Shown piece after piece: positions 34,074-35,744 of a DNA stretch of 35,744 nucleotides. This DNA is from a virus. Taxonomy: Duplodnaviria > Caudoviricetes. A program made the translations under genes and the position numbers. How positions within the stretch are numbered: position 1 is the stretch's first letter; each line of letters starts with the position of its first letter. Location of the stretch: IMG/VR virus record IMGVR_UViG_3300049169_000004, positions 1 through 35,744 of that record; one strand, given 5' to 3'. Below the pieces are notes generated by a model. That model did no database searches and had not been told where the DNA came from. It saw only the letters and a list, made by a program, of their open reading frames with translations.

Positions 34074-35533
34074 TAGATCACCACCGCCCTTCGATCGCTG
34101 TTTCTACGTTTCTGAGGTTTCTTGACGGTCGAGGACTGGGCGCCCCAAAGTGCGAGCGTGCAGGCCACGAGCGGCGTGATGTCGCTTGCGGCGCTCTTGC
34201 GGTTCCAAGCCCAGGCGTCACCCAGGCTGCGCTTGCGTGCCACGCTTAGCGCGACATTGAGTTGCGGTTGGTTCGTGTGACGCAGCCATGACTCGTAGGC
34301 GCCGGAGTAGACCTGTCCGCACGCCGCCGCCATGTCGCGGGCCGTCGAGGTGGTGACCTTGATCTTGGCCTTCGTTAGATCGTCGATGATGGCCGCCGCG
34401 GGGGAGGCGCCGTCAATAACAACCGCGCGAACTTGCGGGTTGGCTTCAATGAGCCGCACTAGGTACGGGGCGAGCCATGCAATGCCGGGGCGCTGCTCGT
34501 CAAGCTCGACGTGCCACAGCCCGTCGTCCCGCTGGCCGGCGAGTGCGACGGATGCCATCGCCATGTTGGGCGCGACGTCCACGGCAAGCGCGAAACGGTC
34601 GACTGCAAACGAGTTCTCATCCGAGATGTCATGCCAGGTGTCGGAGTCGATGACCGCATTGGATGCGGCACCAGACCACATGCCGAGGCGTTCACGCGCG
34701 AAGCCCTCGTCGGAGAACTCGCCGCGCTCGCCTTCAATCACCTCGAACTGCAGGCGACCACCAAGGGCGGGGTTCGCGTTCGCCCACTCCTCAGGAGAGT
34801 CGAGGTCGACGTCACCCTCACATGACCACTCGTGCCAGCAGCGTCGGCCGGGACGAGCGAGCGCATCCTTGCGGACGCGGGTGAACACTTCGCCATTGGC
34901 CTTTGGCCCCGGAGGGGTGCCGGTGTAGATGCGCTGGGGGTTGCGCAGCGGAGCGGCTGACATTGTGGGGGCCAGCGCCTCGAGGGCTTCGTCAGCAAGC
35001 TCTTGCGCCTCGTCAAATACGATCACGTCGACCGTGAAGCCACGCCCCGAGCCTTTGGAGCGGGCCACGATCTCAACGGAGCCGCCATTGGTGAGGTAGA
35101 TCGCCTCTTGCCCATTGACGTTGCGCACCTCTTTGACGAGCGCGTTCAACTCGGGGAACTTCGCGCCGGGGTCGCCGGCCTTCTCGCCAAAGAAGTGCTT
35201 GAGGCGGCGGAAGTGCTTCTGTGCCGTCTTGACCTCGTGAGCAGTGTGTAGGAACTTCTCGCCAAGACCAACCATGCCGAACAGCTCGCGGATCTCGAGC
35301 GCGCCGTTCTTGCCGTTCTGGCGAGGCACCGACAAGCCACACGTCATCGACGCCCACTTGCCACGCGCCTCAGCGAGCCAGTCGTTGAGGATGAGCTGCT
35401 GCCACTCGTCGGGCACTAGGCCGTAGTCGCCAGCGAAGTCCGCGGCGAGATCTCCGAAGGTCTTAGCCGCTGTTGGTGCGACGTGGAGTCTTGGATCCTG
35501 CTTGCCTATCGCGAAGGCGCTTCTCGAAGTCAC
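34073..35533 (-). CDS. Terminase large subunit
   Basis: PRQNGK Walker A, FDEAQE Walker B, GTPP, ANPALG and DITPLVA motifs. Confidence 0.95.
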   Translation of the reverse strand: MTSRSAFAIGKQDPRLHVAPTAAKTFGDLAADFAGDYGLVPDEWQQLILNDWLAEARGKWASMTCGLSVPRQNGKNGALEIRELFGMVGLGEKFLHTAHEVKTAQKHFRRLKHFFGEKAGDPGAKFPELNALVKEVRNVNGQEAIYLTNGGSVEIVARSKGSGRGFTVDVIVFDEAQELADEALEALAPTMSAAPLRNPQRIYTGTPPGPKANGEVFTRVRKDALARPGRRCWHEWSCEGDVDLDSPEEWANANPALGGRLQFEVIEGERGEFSDEGFARERLGMWSGAASNAVIDSDTWHDISDENSFAVDRFALAVDVAPNMAMASVALAGQRDDGLWHVELDEQRPGIAWLAPYLVRLIEANPQVRAVVIDGASPAAAIIDDLTKAKIKVTTSTARDMAAACGQVYSGAYESWLRHTNQPQLNVALSVARKRSLGDAWAWNRKSAASDITPLVACTLALWGAQSSTVKKPQKRRNSDRRAVVI

Positions 35534-35720
35534 TCAGACCCGTCTCCTTCGGCTTCTGCTCAGTGCCGCCGAGACTGTCGATCTCGGCCAGGGTTGAGCG
35601 CCGCTCGCGGGCCATGATCGTGTAGTTCTGATCCGAGTCACACACGGCCATACGCCGCTCTAGGCCGTCGACGATCTCCCGTAGGTGCTCGAGGCGGGAG
35701 CGTGTTTCCTGCTCGCTCAC
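35463..35720 (-). CDS. Terminase small subunit
   Basis: Small helical ORF overlapping the terL start; GGAGG RBS before the GTG at 35720. Confidence 0.7.
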   Translation of the reverse strand: MSEQETRSRLEHLREIVDGLERRMAVCDSDQNYTIMARERRSTLAEIDSLGGTEQKPKETGLSDFEKRLRDRQAGSKTPRRTNSG

Positions 35721-35744
35721 GGTGCCTCCCAAGGGCGGGGGTAG

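Noticed and set aside
20841-34928. Long plus-strand ORFs (e.g. 21716..22888, 25389..26564, 27781..28785, 30788..31669)
   Set aside because: Antisense shadows of well-supported minus-strand genes, expected at high GC3; no recognisable motifs.

Overview
Near-complete genome of a high-GC temperate siphovirus of Actinobacteria. Almost all genes lie on the minus strand. The window starts inside the replication-initiator region and ends just upstream of terS. In genome order (right to left) it carries terS/terL, portal, maturation protein, scaffold, major capsid, neck genes, major tail, a tail chaperone with a -1 slippery site, tape measure, minor tail/fibre genes, and a lysis cassette (amidase and holin, no LysB seen, suggesting a non-mycolate host). 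A second fibre/receptor-binding module follows, then attP (3' end of a tRNA, probably Leu), a tyrosine integrase and the immunity switch. The long translationally coupled early operon carries RusA-like, RecE/RecT-like, two HNH, WhiB, DNA adenine methylase and replication genes. Most notable: (1) a VUT/YhhQ transporter plus DpdA/TGT-fold gene pair with no preQ0 biosynthesis genes in the window; (2) an exact PafBC/RecA-NDp-type DNA-damage promoter in front of a small gene next to a repressor that lacks an autoprotease domain; (3) a reverse-strand, apparently leaderless membrane-protein gene inside the neck operon; (4) two 'small subunit + repeat protein' fibre modules; (5) several candidate cis-regulatory RNA structures. 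All functional calls come from motif recognition and synteny; no database search was run.
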